Origin: Octopus bimaculoides | Taxonomy: Eukaryota | Assembly: GCF_001194135.2 (NCBI RefSeq) | Contig: NC_068988.1 | Location: forward strand, 89,572,672-89,636,023 | Direction of reading: 5' to 3' | DNA: 63,352 bases | In this document: positions 37,357 to 49,704 of the stretch, one piece after another | Layout of the letters: the number at the start of each line of letters is the position of its first letter | Numbering within the stretch: the stretch's first letter is position 1 | Position numbers and translations under genes: made by a program | The notes under the pieces: generated by a model | What the model saw: the letters and a program-made list of their open reading frames with translations, nothing else | What the model was told of the DNA's origin: nothing | Database searches by the model: none

Positions 37357-38560
37357 GGTTAAACTTGCTGAACTAAGAAGGAGAGAGAGTGTGAACAACT
37401 GGCGTTGGAGTTAGATATATTTGTTATTTTAGATAATGCTTTAATGCCATTCTCATTGTTGTTAGTATTATTAGTATAAATATAAGAATATAAAAAAATA
37501 AATTTATTATTATTACTATTATTGTTATTAATATATGCTATAATAAAATATTTACTACTATTAATAAATAAGTAAATTAATAAATGAATAAATACACAAT
37601 TAAAAAACAATTCTAATAATAGAAAAAAAACTATGTGGGTAGGTAGTGGGAGCAGTATGATGGACAAATGGATGTCAATAAAAAATTGATATTAAAGTTA
37701 TGTTCCAATGCGTACGATGCAGTGACGGTGCATTAAAATATTTGGTTACAAAGGTTGGAAACAAAAATTACGAAATTATAATTAACTAAAATATATTTAA
37801 GTGTAATTTTAGATCCAATGGATAAAAAATCTACAAAGCGAGTTGATAAGAATAATAATAATATTAAGAGGACCATCAAGCAATAACGAAAACTTGTAGG
37901 GATGGACCAAATGGGTAAATAGAGGTAACTAGATGAGATCTATTGTCTAAAGTTTAATAAAAATAAATACAAACTGGGGTGATATTTCATACCACACGTA
38001 AAGTGGCTGTTAACTAGTGAGTATGTTGGCAGGCGAAAAAATAACTAGAATTAGTAAAAAAGGATGAAATTAATGAAACGAACTGAAGGTTTCCTCTAAT
38101 GCTGGCATCTGTATGCTCTCTGTGTTATCTGGTTCACTAAATTATTCTTGGAGAACAGAATGTGGAATAGATCCAAATTACAGAGTGGACAAAAATTTTC
38201 TCTGAGGGTATTGAGGTAGCCAGTATTGACCATTCTAAAGAGAATTGTTTATTGCAGTCCTTAAGTTTCCAGATCAACTTACTAAGAACGATACTATTAT
38301 TTTTATTCCTATCCCTAAAGGTTAAACTTGCTGTACCAGCTAGGGAAGGAGAGAGAATGTGAACAACTGGCGTTGGAGTTAGATATAATTGTTATTTTAG
38401 ATAATACTATAATGTTATAGTAATGGTGAGAGATTCTCCTAGAGACCTGCGACGAAGAGCAACCTATGTAATGCGAGACCTCTGTGTTAGTCGCGGAGTA
38501 GAGTGCATATAATTATTGAAACATATGTAGGAATTAATTTTGAAAGATATGTAGGAATTA
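37357..38560 (-). mobile_element. Second Penelope-like element: GIY-YIG C-terminal region with a partial tandem repeat
   Basis: Minus 38320-38070 reads FRDRNKNNSIVLSKLIWKLKDCNKQFSLEWSILATSIP...FCPLCNLDLFHILFSKNNLVNQ...RCQH, matching the PLE EN tail pattern LSKYIWxLKD...WSIL...CxLC..E..CRH. Segment 38320-38414 is duplicated at 37357-37446. Confidence 0.8.
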
Positions 38561-39325
38561 AAGGAACTTATTGATTATATACGTTTTGCTCCATTTATTA
38601 TTATTCTTTATATCAACTCTAAATACATCACTTTAACATGGAATGTCTACCCCTTAACCGGGTATAATATCCCAGTTTTTTGTATGATTTTTGCTACCCT
38701 GGTAACTATTCACATATTTACATTATCGAAGTTTTTCAACTAAGATAATATTAATACACACACACACACACACACACACATACACACACACATACACACA
38801 CACACACACACACNNNNNNNNNNNNNNNNNNNNNNNNNNNNNNNNNNNNNNNNNNNNNNNNNNNNNNNNNNNNNNNNNNNNNNNNNNNNNNNNNNNNNNN
38901 NNNNNNNNNNNNNNNNNNNNNNNNNNNNNNNNNNNNNNNNNNNNNNNNNNNNNNNNNNNNNNNNNNNNNNNNNNNNNNNNNNNNNNNNNNNNNNNNNNNN
39001 NNNNNNNNNNNNNNNNNNNNNNNNNNNNNNNNNNNNNNNNNNNNNNNNNNNNNNNNNNNNNNNNNNNNNNNNNNNNNNNNNNNNNNNNNNNNNNNNNNNN
39101 NNNNNNNNNNNNNNNNNNNNNNNNNNNNNNNNNNNNNNNNNNNNNNNNNNNNNNNNNNNNNNNNNNNNNNNNNNNNNNNNNNNNNNNNNNNNNNNNNNNN
39201 NNNNNNNNNNNNNNNNNNNNNNNNNNNNNNNNNNNNNNNNNNNNNNNNNNNNNNNNNNNNNNNNNNNNNNNNNNNNNNNNNNNNNNATATACAGAGAGAG
39301 GGGGATAAATAGCTAGCTAGCTAGT

Positions 39326-39382
<57 letters not shown>

Positions 39383-39811
39383 GTATATGAATGGTATTGT
39401 TTTATTGTTTTGCATCATTGGACTGCCATGCTCCCGCATGATTTTGAACAACTCAGACTATTGTATCATCCACGTTTCAGATTTGAATTTAGCATGTTTT
39501 ATTGTCTCTATTTACCAATAGACTAAATGTAACGAAGGCCGTAACATAATCAACGCCAGTTTGAGGAATTTGTAAACATATGTATAGAAAATAGCTAGCA
39601 TGTTATGACAATTAATACGGTGTCTATTGGTGGTAAAAGTAAACACACCGTTTAAGATTTTCCACTCTTTCAATGCTGTACATTAACGTGTATATATATA
39701 GCTATATAGAATAAGTAGAAAGATAAATTGTATTTAACGCGTAGATACTGAACAGTATAGATAAAAAGGATAAAATCGTTATATTCATCATTACTTAAAT
39801 ATTTAATAGTG

Positions 39812-39882
<71 letters not shown>

Positions 39883-40039
39883 NNNNNNNNNNNNNNNNNN
39901 NNNNNNNNNNNNNNNNNNNNNNNNNNNNNNNNNNNNNNNNNNNNNNTTGTGTGTGGGTGTATGTGTAACATTCTTCGAGGCAATGTCCTTTGCATGGTTA
40001 CAGTCTGATGACTGGGACAGTAAAAGATATATGTTAGAC

Positions 40040-40600
40040 ATTTATCCATTCTATTTTTTTTACCTGTGTCAATCATTTCACTGCGGCCATGCTACAGCAA
40101 TGCCTTTACTCGAACAAATTGACCCCAGCATTTATTTTTTTAAAGCCTAGTACTTATTCTATGGGACTCTTTTGCCGAACCGCTAAGTTACGGGGACGTA
40201 AACTCACCAGCTTCGGTTGTCAAGCGATGATAAGGTCAAATACGGACTCAGTAATACATACATGCAAACACACACATAGACACACACACACATACACACA
40301 CACGCACACGCATCTCGAAACGTCAAAGACTTTCCGTATTCCAGAGCGTCATACTAATATATACTTTTGTTATTTACACCACCTGTCCTCGTCTGTTGTT
40401 ATTATTTGTATATTCTCCCATATATATAAATATACACGACAGGCTTCTTTCAGTTACTGTCTTTCAAATCCACTCACAAGGTTTTGGTCGGTCCGAGGCC
40501 ATAGTAGAAGACACCTACCCAAGGTGCCATGCAGTGGGATTGAACCGGAACCCTGTGATTGGGAGGCAAGCTTCTTACCACCTAGCCACTCCTGTGCCTG
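40040..40600 (-). mobile_element. SINE family B, near full length
   Basis: Reverse complement head 'ccacaggagtggctaggtggtaagaagcttgcctcccaatcacagggttccggttcaatcccactgcatggcaccttgggtaggtgtc' and tail at 40070-40200. Confidence 0.9.
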
Positions 40601-40937
40601 TTCTATGTATAAATTTATACAAATATTCAGTTTTTTTTATACTCCATATCATTAAATATCTTTAACAGATTGTGATTACATAATTACACACCTATATATT
40701 GCAGTAATGTCCATATGAATTGTGATGTAGCAGTAATACGCTTTGTTATTTGATTTACTCATCTGAGAATAAATATCTTTATACATTCCAGTAAGTATTT
40801 ATCAATCTAAACCAGAATATTGCCGTAGACACTTAATGTTCTGAGCAAATTTTTCATAAAGAAGGTGCACGTTTATGATACTTCACTGATATATAAGTAT
40901 ATAAGTATTTATATACGTTTGTATATAGACATATGCA

Positions 40938-40953
40938 CCTATCTATCTATCTG

Positions 40954-40990
<37 letters not shown>

Positions 40991-40991
40991 A

Positions 40992-41032
<41 letters not shown>

Positions 41033-41045
41033 ATCTATCTATCTA

Positions 41046-41080
<35 letters not shown>

Positions 41081-41115
41081 GCCTGTGTATCTATCTATCT
41101 ATCTATCTATCTATT
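40938..41115. repeat. (ATCT)n/(GTCT)n tetranucleotide tract
   Basis: Direct reading. Confidence 0.97.
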
Positions 41116-41679
41116 TATCTGTATAAATATATAGTTTGCCTTAGAAGCGTTGAGATATCTAGAAAGTTAAGGAAGTAATTTTTATTCTCAAATGCAGGAT
41201 AATGCATTTCTAAGCCTGCGTCTTATTCTGTTGGAATCTAGGTAATATGAAGTCAAGGTCTGTTACTAATTAGATTTGTAAATCCGCAACCGGGTTACCA
41301 AGTTAAATTGTTATGTTGCGGCAGAATATTATAGAAAATACAACGCAAACAAATGAGAGATTTTATACGATATTGAAAGATCTTCGAACGATTCGGATAT
41401 CGGAATATTTTGAAAGAAAGGATACGAAAAATACAGTAGGAATACTTTGCAGAATTCGACGGACAGTAGTATATGACTAAACAGAAAGATGGAGACAGAA
41501 AAGAGCGAGTGTGAGAGAGGCTGGTAGGAGGAATTAACATTAAAGTAAAACAGAAACACCTTAAATATGTTATTATGAGAAAACTAGAAATATAAAAAGA
41601 AAGACATAAAATCACAAATAACAAAATAAAAATATAAAGCAAAACGATTCAAAATTACGCTCATAAACATAACATTTCT

Positions 41680-41960
41680 TTGAGTAAGCAATTTTGTGCT
41701 ATTAGATTTGAAAGAGTAACAAATCTTTGTGTAGTTCACACTGTTCTAATTGTATGCATAATTAATTGCCTTTGCTTTCATACTTATTTCTGTTGTAGTT
41801 CTTGTTTGCTTTGTCAGATCTTTCGCTGTTTTAGAATTTATAAAAGAAATCTGTTGCAGTGTTTATTTCGCTGCTATTATTGTTTTATTTCATTCTTAAA
41901 CCAGGCTGTAATTCTTGTTTCGTGCAGTGGAATAGGAATTTGTATGTGCGATAACGAACC
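41680..41960 (-). mobile_element. Decayed LINE relic (EN-RT linker-like)
   Basis: ITAWFKNEIKQ**QRNKHCNRF echoes PWxxxEIKxxIxxRNKxYxxF. Confidence 0.35.
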
Positions 41961-42131
41961 GATCTTTTCTCAGAAATTACATTATGAGCAATGACAAAAT
42001 AGCACATTTACTACAGAAAAGACGTTACTCGTGCTAATATAGTACCTTAACACAGAGAAATAGATTATCCCTGGCGATTATATTCAAACAAATATAATAT
42101 TATTGGCTGTCGTAAAATCACTAAAATTCAC

Positions 42132-42194
42132 CATTGTTGATAAATATAGCAACAGCTAACGCAGGACATGCAGCAGTCTTATGTGTGATGGTTA
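42132..42194 (-). CDS. Candidate 63-nt phase 1-1 exon (xTITHKTAACPALAVAIFINN)
   Basis: Acceptor 'ggttttgttttttttgttgttttcag' and donor 'ATG|gtgaat'; frame is open. It also weakly resembles LINE RT 'LLFLIFINDL', so it may be a relic. Confidence 0.25.
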
Positions 42195-42319
42195 CTGAAA
42201 ACAACAAAAAAAACAAAACCCCACAAAACATTAGCTACACGAAGATGCTCTCATCATTCTTCTAAGTTATCTAACACCATCCCTATGGACAGTAAAGTGG
42301 GAGAGCTTTTTCTGCTTAC

Positions 42320-42325
42320 CGTGTA
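42320..42325 (-). CDS. Candidate 6-nt microexon TACACG
   Basis: 'gctagttttacttttag|TACACG|gtaagc': strong acceptor and donor, frame-preserving, 125 nt upstream of the 63-nt candidate. Confidence 0.2.
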
Positions 42326-42479
42326 CTAAAAGTAAAACTAGCTTTACAAAAGAAAAGGCTTAAAAGAGTAACTAAACTCCAGCAAATACCTACTGGCGGT
42401 AAAATCGACTGTTCACAGCAGAAACTACAAAACGTGTGACAAAACTGTACCTCCTTTACAGTAAGTGCCTATAATATTA

Positions 42480-42784
42480 TGATAAACGTCGCCCTTTCAA
42501 AGCCTAGCCAGGCTCATGGGCCCGGTTTCCCGGTTTCTATGGCGTATGCTTCCCGCGGTAGCTGGACGGGACGCCAGTCCATCGCAGCGTTACTCAAGAA
42601 ACATGAAAAAAGAGTGAGAGAAACCGGGAGTGAAAGAGTACAACAGGGGTCGCCACCCCACCCACCCCCTGCCAGAGCCTCGTGGAGCTTAGGTGTTTTT
42701 ACTCAATAAACAATCACAACGCCAGGTCTGGGAATCGAAACCGTGAATCCGCTGCTCTAACCACTGGGCCATTGCGCCTCCACA
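42480..42784 (-). mobile_element. tRNA-derived SINE with V-domain-like core and 14-bp TSD
   Basis: Head GGAGGCGCAATGGCCCAGTGGTTAGAGCAGCGG...GGTTTCGATTCCCAG; core GCGATGGACTGGCGTCCCGTCCAG; TSD TGCCTATAATATTA at 42466-42479 and 42785-42798. Confidence 0.9.
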
Positions 42785-43444
42785 TGCCTATAATATTACT
42801 GTAATATTATTAGCAGTAAATGATATCAATGAAGATACAGACTGAAGAACAATACACGCAATGTTACTCATAGCAATATTTTAATTCAGTGGTTGAAAGA
42901 CCTTTAAAGTAAAATGGACCGATTATCCTTTTATCAATAATAATTTCGGTTTGATAATAATGGTTATAGTGGACCAGCGCTTGAGTAATTCTGAGGAAAA
43001 ATACACGTTTATTACAGTGTCACCCGGTAAATATAATCTAGAGAGAGAGAGAGAGAGAGAGAAAGAGGGAGAAATAGAGAGAAAAAAAGAGAGAGAAAGA
43101 GAGAGAGATTCGAATTTGTATGATTATGTATAGGACTTAGTCTGATTTTTCACATTTTATCATTTGCAATTGTTACTTTACAATTTTTACGATATTGAAT
43201 TAAACTCGTACTTTCATGCGTTACGTAACCATCAGATTTATGCAGTTGACACGTGTCAATATACATATACGCATATAAGGATATACACACACATATACGT
43301 ACATACACATACACGCACATATAGTACATATATATATATATATACTGGAAAATGACATATTTAATGTCAGAACAGATTTTTACAGTAAAAATATAATGAA
43401 GTTGACTATGGCCTTAAGGCGATCTTCTACATATATATGTATAT

Positions 43445-43494
<50 letters not shown>

Positions 43495-44299
43495 ACACAC
43501 TCAGGAATGTTTACACATCTGTGCATGTATGTATACAAAGACTGTTAATCTATTATTTTGAATAGAGATTGGTGGAATTGGAGAAAAGAAGACTATGAAC
43601 GGAAGATTCGGTTTCTAGTACTCACTTGACACGCTTAAGATAATAATCAAATCTTAGCACACATTACAATACTTTTGCCTTACAAAGTGAGAAAACGCAT
43701 ATTATATAATGTCGATCCAGAGTGTTTGTATAATATAATTTGTGAAATATAGCAGGACATTTTCACAGCGTTCAGTTAATTAATCGTTCACGTCCAAACG
43801 TAAAGACATGCTAATCTACGCAGGAGTATGTGAAAATTAAGTGAAAATGTGATTGATATTCTTAGAATAATTTCAGGAGAACAAGATGTATCACAGCCAT
43901 CCAACGGCAATCTAGCTCCGACATAAAGCTTTGTGATTTGTTAAGCCATGGCACTTTTGTCTAAATTGGTAAATGTCTTCAGCACCTGGAACTAAACAGT
44001 AATAACAACAAGGATAGAAATAAAAAAAAAGTGGTTAACCAACTATTGCATATAGCGTATTTGTCCAATTCCTTTGATACCTCTTATATTCCCACAAAGT
44101 CTATCCTGTAAATCTATGAAGACATACCTATGATACATGATTTATTGACATTAGCCATCTTCCGTCATATGTTTGACGTTTTCAATTAAGGAGACCATTA
44201 ATTTGTGGTTTCCATCACTAATTTTAATCCGTCCTTTCACGTTAAATAAAGCTCATTATTCAACTGTTGGATTCAATTTTGTTTCTCTCAGAGATATAG

Positions 44300-44900
44300 C
44301 AACCATTTTTCTCTTTCTCCCCCTCTTCTCATCTTTTATTGCCTTCTCTTTATTAATTTGCTCCGTAACTGTTTCTCTCCGCTTTCTCCATTTCAAAACA
44401 TGACTGCCACTCTCACTGCATTTGTCCTTCCCCCATTATCACTATCCGTTCCCATATTTCTCTCGCAAAAGTTGTTCTCTTTCCCTGTCTATTTCTCTGC
44501 ATCAGTAGCTTTCTCTCTTATTCCCTTTACATCCCCAGGAACCGCTTTCCTTTTTTCTCATATCTTCGTCTCTCGGATGTATAACTTTGTCATATGACCT
44601 CGCTACTATCTTTCCAACACTCTCTAGAACATATCTATCCTTTTTCCACAATTGACAAGTATACATTTCCATTTCCATAACGGAAAATTCACCTTGAGTA
44701 CTCCTGTTCACAAATATTCTGCCTCCCACTATACTTACCCATCTCTACTTAACTACCATTGCATTATCACCTTGATCCCAACATTATTACCCCATTTATA
44801 GACAAGATATCACATCATCTCTTTTCTATCCTTCTGACTTCTTCACAAACATCGTATTTAATATTCCCTCCTCTTCACACATATTTCATCCCATTTTATT
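44300..44900 (-). mobile_element. Possible decayed LINE C-terminal relic (CT-rich on plus strand)
   Basis: YTCQLWKKDRYVLESVGKIVARSYDKVI weakly echoes EYxxxxW..DIxxLESVQRRATKxI. Confidence 0.3.
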
Positions 44901-45300
44901 TCCCCATCAATACCACAACCACCACCGCCACTGCCAGTACCACCACTGTCACCGCCACTGCCAGTACCACCACCATCACTCGCTACTACAGCTACAACAA
45001 TTATTATACTACTACTACGTCGACGCCGACGACTACTACTACTTCTATCATTAGCGTCATCCTTTCCCAGCCACAAACAAACGCATGCATTATAACGAAA
45101 TATAGATTTCGTCATCAGCCAACACGAATCCTACAAGCAGCATGAACATAACCATAAACATTATGAACAACACCCTAACCATAAACACGAGCGAAGACCA
45201 CACCAACAGTTTTCTCCTCATAACACCCCCACCGCTGCAATGAACACAGCATTAAACACCATTCACTATTTCTACTACCACCACTACCAACAATAACATA
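44900..45300. repeat. Low-complexity (ACC/ACT/CAA)-rich region
   Basis: Direct reading, e.g. the duplicated 'accgccactgccagtaccaccac'. Confidence 0.85.
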
Positions 45301-46627
45301 CATACCATCAAGAATTTAAGAAATCCCTAATATTTTCCATCAATCACTGAAGTATATCTATTCTCGCTTCTGGCCAAATAATATACACTGCTAGTCTTTG
45401 TGATTAAGAAATTAAATCTACAACAAAACAACTCCATAAACATATATGCTGTGCAATTATTGGTTTTATACCTACCTATATAATGAGATTCCTCTCTTGA
45501 GAGAATTGAGTCAGTAGCGCGCTTATTTATTTATTTATTCATTCATTTAATTATATTTATTTTAGTTATTTATTCATTCATTTATCCATTCAGGCATTTA
45601 TTCGTTATTTCTTTGTATATTTTGCTTCCCATTACGTTCGTTCACGTTGTAATTGCTTGCTAACGTTGAAGAATTTCCTTCACAAGAAAAAAAGATAAAA
45701 TATGTAAATTAAAACAAGAGAATCTGGATTAGCTAAAACTAAATTTTATTGAAGTTTCCTTCTAGAGATTTGCTTCATAATGAGTATGTAATTAGAGGAT
45801 ACAAACATGATTAAGTACATGCTTGCTTACATATGTGATTATATATGTGTGTGTAAGCTTGAGCAGAATTATGCATTATATATATATGTAAACGTATATA
45901 TATAAATAAATATATATATATNNNNNNNNNNTGAGTATGTAATTAGAGGATACAAACATGATTAAGTACATGCTTGCTTACATATGTGATTATATATGTG
46001 TGTGTAAGCTTGAGCAGAATTATGCATTATATATATATGTAAGTGTATTATATATCTACATAGATAGACAGAAAGACAAACAGATAGATGCATATGTGCA
46101 CCCATAAGCATTTTGCTGTGTGTATATACATATATACACATTTTTGTAAATATGTAGGATGTGTAGGATCAGTTTAGCCAAATATTTAAGTCGTTCACGA
46201 ACCATGAAATCGTGGGATTGCTTACACGACTTTCTAGGGCAGGTTGAATTTTCATCAGCCAAGAGGTGCCCTATTGCTTGGTAATAGGATTGGTTTTCCA
46301 TAGAATATATATAGAAGCCTATATGCTAGGTTGATACTTCAGTTTGAAAAGTATGTGACCAGACTGTGTCACACTGACTGAATTAAGGATACTCTTGCCT
46401 CTAGAGTGATCACACAGTTAGAAGAGCATTGAGGAGCAACGATTTAAGTTGAGGGAATCAATTAATATTCATTGTCGAACAACGGTGAAATACTCTGTGT
46501 GTGTCTGTGTGTGCGTTTGTAGATATATTGTAGTACATATTATATCATATGCATTATATATGATATGATAGACGAACACAGGCGCACACACGCACCCATG
46601 TATATACATCTTATATGTACATATATA

Positions 46628-47185
46628 CAGTGTGATCCAAACGTCACTGATGGGATTCAACTTTTACTAACTTCCTTAAACTTACAAATAGATGCATGAA
46701 ATTTTGATACAATATAAAGGACATAATGGAAATAAATGTGCACGAGTCAAATTTTGCAACATCGCTACATCACATATGAAAAATGACATCGATTAAATGG
46801 TAGCCGTTTTCGACTGCGCACACCCGTGCTCTTTACAAAGCTGGCACCATAACACCCTCAAGAGTTTCAGACCCTACTTCTCTCATTTCTTTATTGATGT
46901 TCTCCTTCAGTTGCACCAGAGATGTAAACCTCCTCGTTTNNNNNNNNNNGTCCGGGCTAGTCAAATCTGAGGAGCGTGAAATCCAGTTGACATTGCTGTA
47001 GCGGGAGATTATCCTCTATCCAAAGCACTGCCGTACGAACTACGTTGTTTCTCTTGTGAAATGAGCAGTTGCGCCATCTTGTTGGAACCAAATGTAAGAT
47101 ATAATTTCAATGGCCTTCACGTTCACCAGGCTGGACTAGAACGGATTTTTTCTTGTGGGGATACCTGAAAGAGAGGGTTTACGTC
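46628..47185 (-). mobile_element. IS630-Tc1-mariner element (rosa/DD41D-like) 3' fragment
   Basis: WFQQDGATAHFTRE...RIISRYSNVNWISRSSDLTSPD and ...LVQLKENINKEMREVGSETL...RVCAVENGYHLIDVIFHM. End 'TA|cagtgtgatccaaac' at 46626. Confidence 0.85.
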
Positions 47186-48063
47186 NNNNNNNNNNNNNNN
47201 NNNNNNNNNNNNNNNNNNNNNNNNNNNNNNNNNNNNNNNNNNNNNNNNNNNNNNNNNNNNNNNNNNNNNNNNNNNNNNNNNNNNNNNNNNNNNNNNNNNN
47301 NNNNNNNNNNNNNNNNNNNNNNNNNNNNNNNNNNNNNNNNNNNNNNNNNNNNNNNNNNNNNNNNNNNNNNNNNNNNNNNNNNNNNNNNNNNNNNNNNNNN
47401 NNNNNNNNNNNNNNNNNNNNNNNNNNNNNNNNNNNNNNNNNNNNNNNNNNNNNNNNNNNNNNNNNNNNNNNNNNNNNNNNNNNNNNNNNNNNNNNNNNNN
47501 NNNNNNNNNNNNNNNNNNNNNNNNNNNNNNNNNNNNNNNNNNNNNNNNNNNNNNNNNNNNNNNNNNNNNNNNNNNNNNNNNNNNNNNNNNNNNNNNNNNN
47601 NNNNNNNNNNNNNNNNNNNNNNNNNNNNNNNNNNNNNNNNNNNNNNNNNNNNNNNNNNNNNNNNNNNNNNNNNNNNNNNNNNNNNNNNNNNNNNNNNNNN
47701 NNNNNNNNNNNNNNNNNNNNNNNNNNNNNNNNNNNNNNNNNNNNNNNNNNNNNNNNNNNNNNNNNNNNNNNNNNNNNNNNNNNNNNNNNNNNNNNNNNNN
47801 NNNNNNNNNNNNNNNNNNNNNNNNNNNNNNNNNNNNNNNNNNNNNNNNNNNNNNNNNNNNNNNNNNNNNNNNNNNNNNNNNNNNNNNNNNNNNNNNNNNN
47901 NNNNNNNNNNNNNNNNNNNNNNNNNNNNNNNNNNNNNNNNNNNNNNNNNNNNNNNNNNNNNNNNNNNNNNNNNNNNNNNNNNNNNNNNNNNNNNNNNNNN
48001 NNNNNNNNNNNNNNNNNNNNNNNNNNNNNNNNNNNNNNNNNNNNNNNNNNNNNNNNNNNNNNN

Positions 48064-48210
48064 TGTCACGCTGAACATCCCCGAGAACTACGTTAAGGGT
48101 ACACGTGTTCGTGGAGCGCTCAGCCACTTACACGTTAATTTCACGAGCAGACTCTTCCGTTGATCGGATCAACAGGAACCCTTGACGCAGTAAGCGACGG
48201 AGTGCCAACA
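48064..48210 (+). mobile_element. 3' part of SINE family C
   Basis: 'tgtcacgctgaacatccccgagaactacgttaagggtacacgtg...gatcggatcaacaggaacc...gacggagtgccaacaac' is homologous to 50215-50348. Confidence 0.75.
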
Positions 48211-48273
48211 ACAACAATATATATTGCTATATATGTCTATATGTATACGTATATGTATATATATATATGCAGA

Positions 48274-48315
<42 letters not shown>

Positions 48316-48395
48316 CATATATGTGTCTCCCCAGACATTTATAGATTTCTTGTGGGTCAAGTTCCTTGTTTGCTTCAGCTTTACCCTTACAAAAG

Positions 48396-48421
48396 CTATT
48401 ATTATTATTATTATTATTATT

Positions 48422-48478
<57 letters not shown>
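48396..48478. repeat. Compound (ATT)n-(GTT)n microsatellite
   Basis: Direct reading. Confidence 0.97.
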
Positions 48479-48999
48479 ATTTCGAAAGTATATAAACGCT
48501 TCTTTCTCGTTGGGTGAAGTAATTTTTATTTGTTAAATCCAGTTGGTTATGATAAATCCGGCTATATTTTTAGCACTCACTGCATAACGTGTTTAATTAT
48601 TCCATAGCCATCGGGCATTAAGCTTAGGCAAGATATTTTTATCATTCACTGATTCTTGCGTAATGAGGAGTTTAATACTACGTACGTTTTCTATACGTAC
48701 CCACAATCGCACACACGCACATACACACACACAACACACACACACACACACACACACACTTGTGCACAGAAGGAGTGTTTAACTACTTGCTAGGTTTTAC
48801 ATTTTGAAACAGTAGAAGGAATTGACATAAAGTGTAAGTGTGAGGATGATAACGTGAAGCATTATTATACATTCCTCAAGACTTGGTCCGCTTTGAATGT
48901 CGTTATTTCTGTGTCGGTGAAACAAGTACCAGTTGAGCACTAAGGCAGATTTACTCGCCTAGTCTCACCCCCACAAGATTTCAGGACTTATGCCTATAC

Positions 49000-49082
49000 A
49001 TTATTTACATTATTTGCAGTTGATGGATATTTGTCCTCATCTTCTTTGTTGTTAACACGACGTTTCGGCTGATATACCTTCC
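49000..49082 (-). mobile_element. Truncated copy of the hammerhead-bearing unit (3' half of ribozyme only)
   Basis: Minus reads ...GGTATATCAGCC-GAAAC-GT-C-GTGTTAACAACAAAGAAGATGAGGACAAATATCC, the same family as 4898-5040, with a GUC triplet. Confidence 0.8.
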
Positions 49083-49094
49083 ATTATTATTATT

Positions 49095-49432
49095 GTTCAG
49101 TAGTTTTATTTTTATAACGTGCTTTCACTTCACTACTGAGCGCAGCTCTGTGCGCTTTGGGTATGTGCTGTGGTTTGCTGTGGTGCTCTTATGTTTACTG
49201 TATTGAAAGTGTCTTGCGTAGAATGTGTGCAGTGCCCAGTAGTGCAATTTTCTGTATGTTATATATATTTGTAAATCCTGGTGTTTTTGTTATGTATTTG
49301 TCTGAATATTTTTTTATTATACCTAAGGCACCTACTATGATAGGAATTGTTTCTGTTTTTAGATTCCACGTTCGAGTTACCTCTATTTCCAGGTCTTTGT
49401 ATTTTGAAAGTTTTTCCATTTCTTTTAGAGAA
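49095..49432 (-). mobile_element. R4/Dong-clade-like non-LTR retrotransposon, 5'-truncated (RLE tail plus 3' UTR), inserted in (TAA)n
   Basis: SLKEMEKLSKYKDLEIEVTRTWNLKTETIPIIVGALGIIKK...IQKIALLGTAHILRKTLSIQ* is the typical RLE-domain tail (KxxKY, VGALG, LGTxxILR). (ATT)n lies on both sides (49083-49094 and 49433-49495). Confidence 0.88.
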
Positions 49433-49629
49433 ATTATTATTATTATCATTATTATTATTATCATTATTATTATTATTACTATTATTATTATTATATACTT
49501 ACATGTGTGTGTGTGTTTACAACTGTAGTTCCTTGTATGTTCTTTATTAGATAATAACCACACATTTATCCTATATGCGGCACAACTGAGATTTAATAAA
49601 AGTTATGTATTTCTCTTGTAATGCCTCAC

Positions 49630-49704
49630 CTTGTCTTTCTTCTCTGTCCATGTATTTTCGACATTCATAAGTATGGTAGACGCTCTTCTCACACTTGTTA
49701 TAAA
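49630..49704 (-). CDS. Candidate 75-nt internal exon, product unknown
   Basis: Acceptor 'tagtttttcataacag' and donor 'AAG|gtgagg'. Two frames are open: FITSVRRASTILMNVENTWTEKKDK (phase 0) or xYNKCEKSVYHTYECRKYMDREERQ (phase 1). Confidence 0.3.

Noticed and set aside
36880-38080. Mitochondrial insertion (NUMT) suggested by extreme AT content and a hydrophobic ORF (37359-37667)
   Set aside because: No recognisable mitochondrial protein, tRNA or rRNA; partly explained by Penelope/LINE relics.
45781-46042. ~110-bp perfect direct repeat
   Set aside because: It straddles a 10-N gap and is an assembly overlap artefact; the same pattern occurs near 7.5 kb and 52.26 kb.
46226-46301. Possible first exon MENQSYYQAIGHLLADENSTCPRKS|gtaagc
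   Set aside because: HLLADENSTCPRKSCKQSHDFM resembles LINE RT 'LLSDxQHGFRPxRSCxTQLLEF'. Its CTGATGA...GAAA also lacks a stem II, so it is not a hammerhead.
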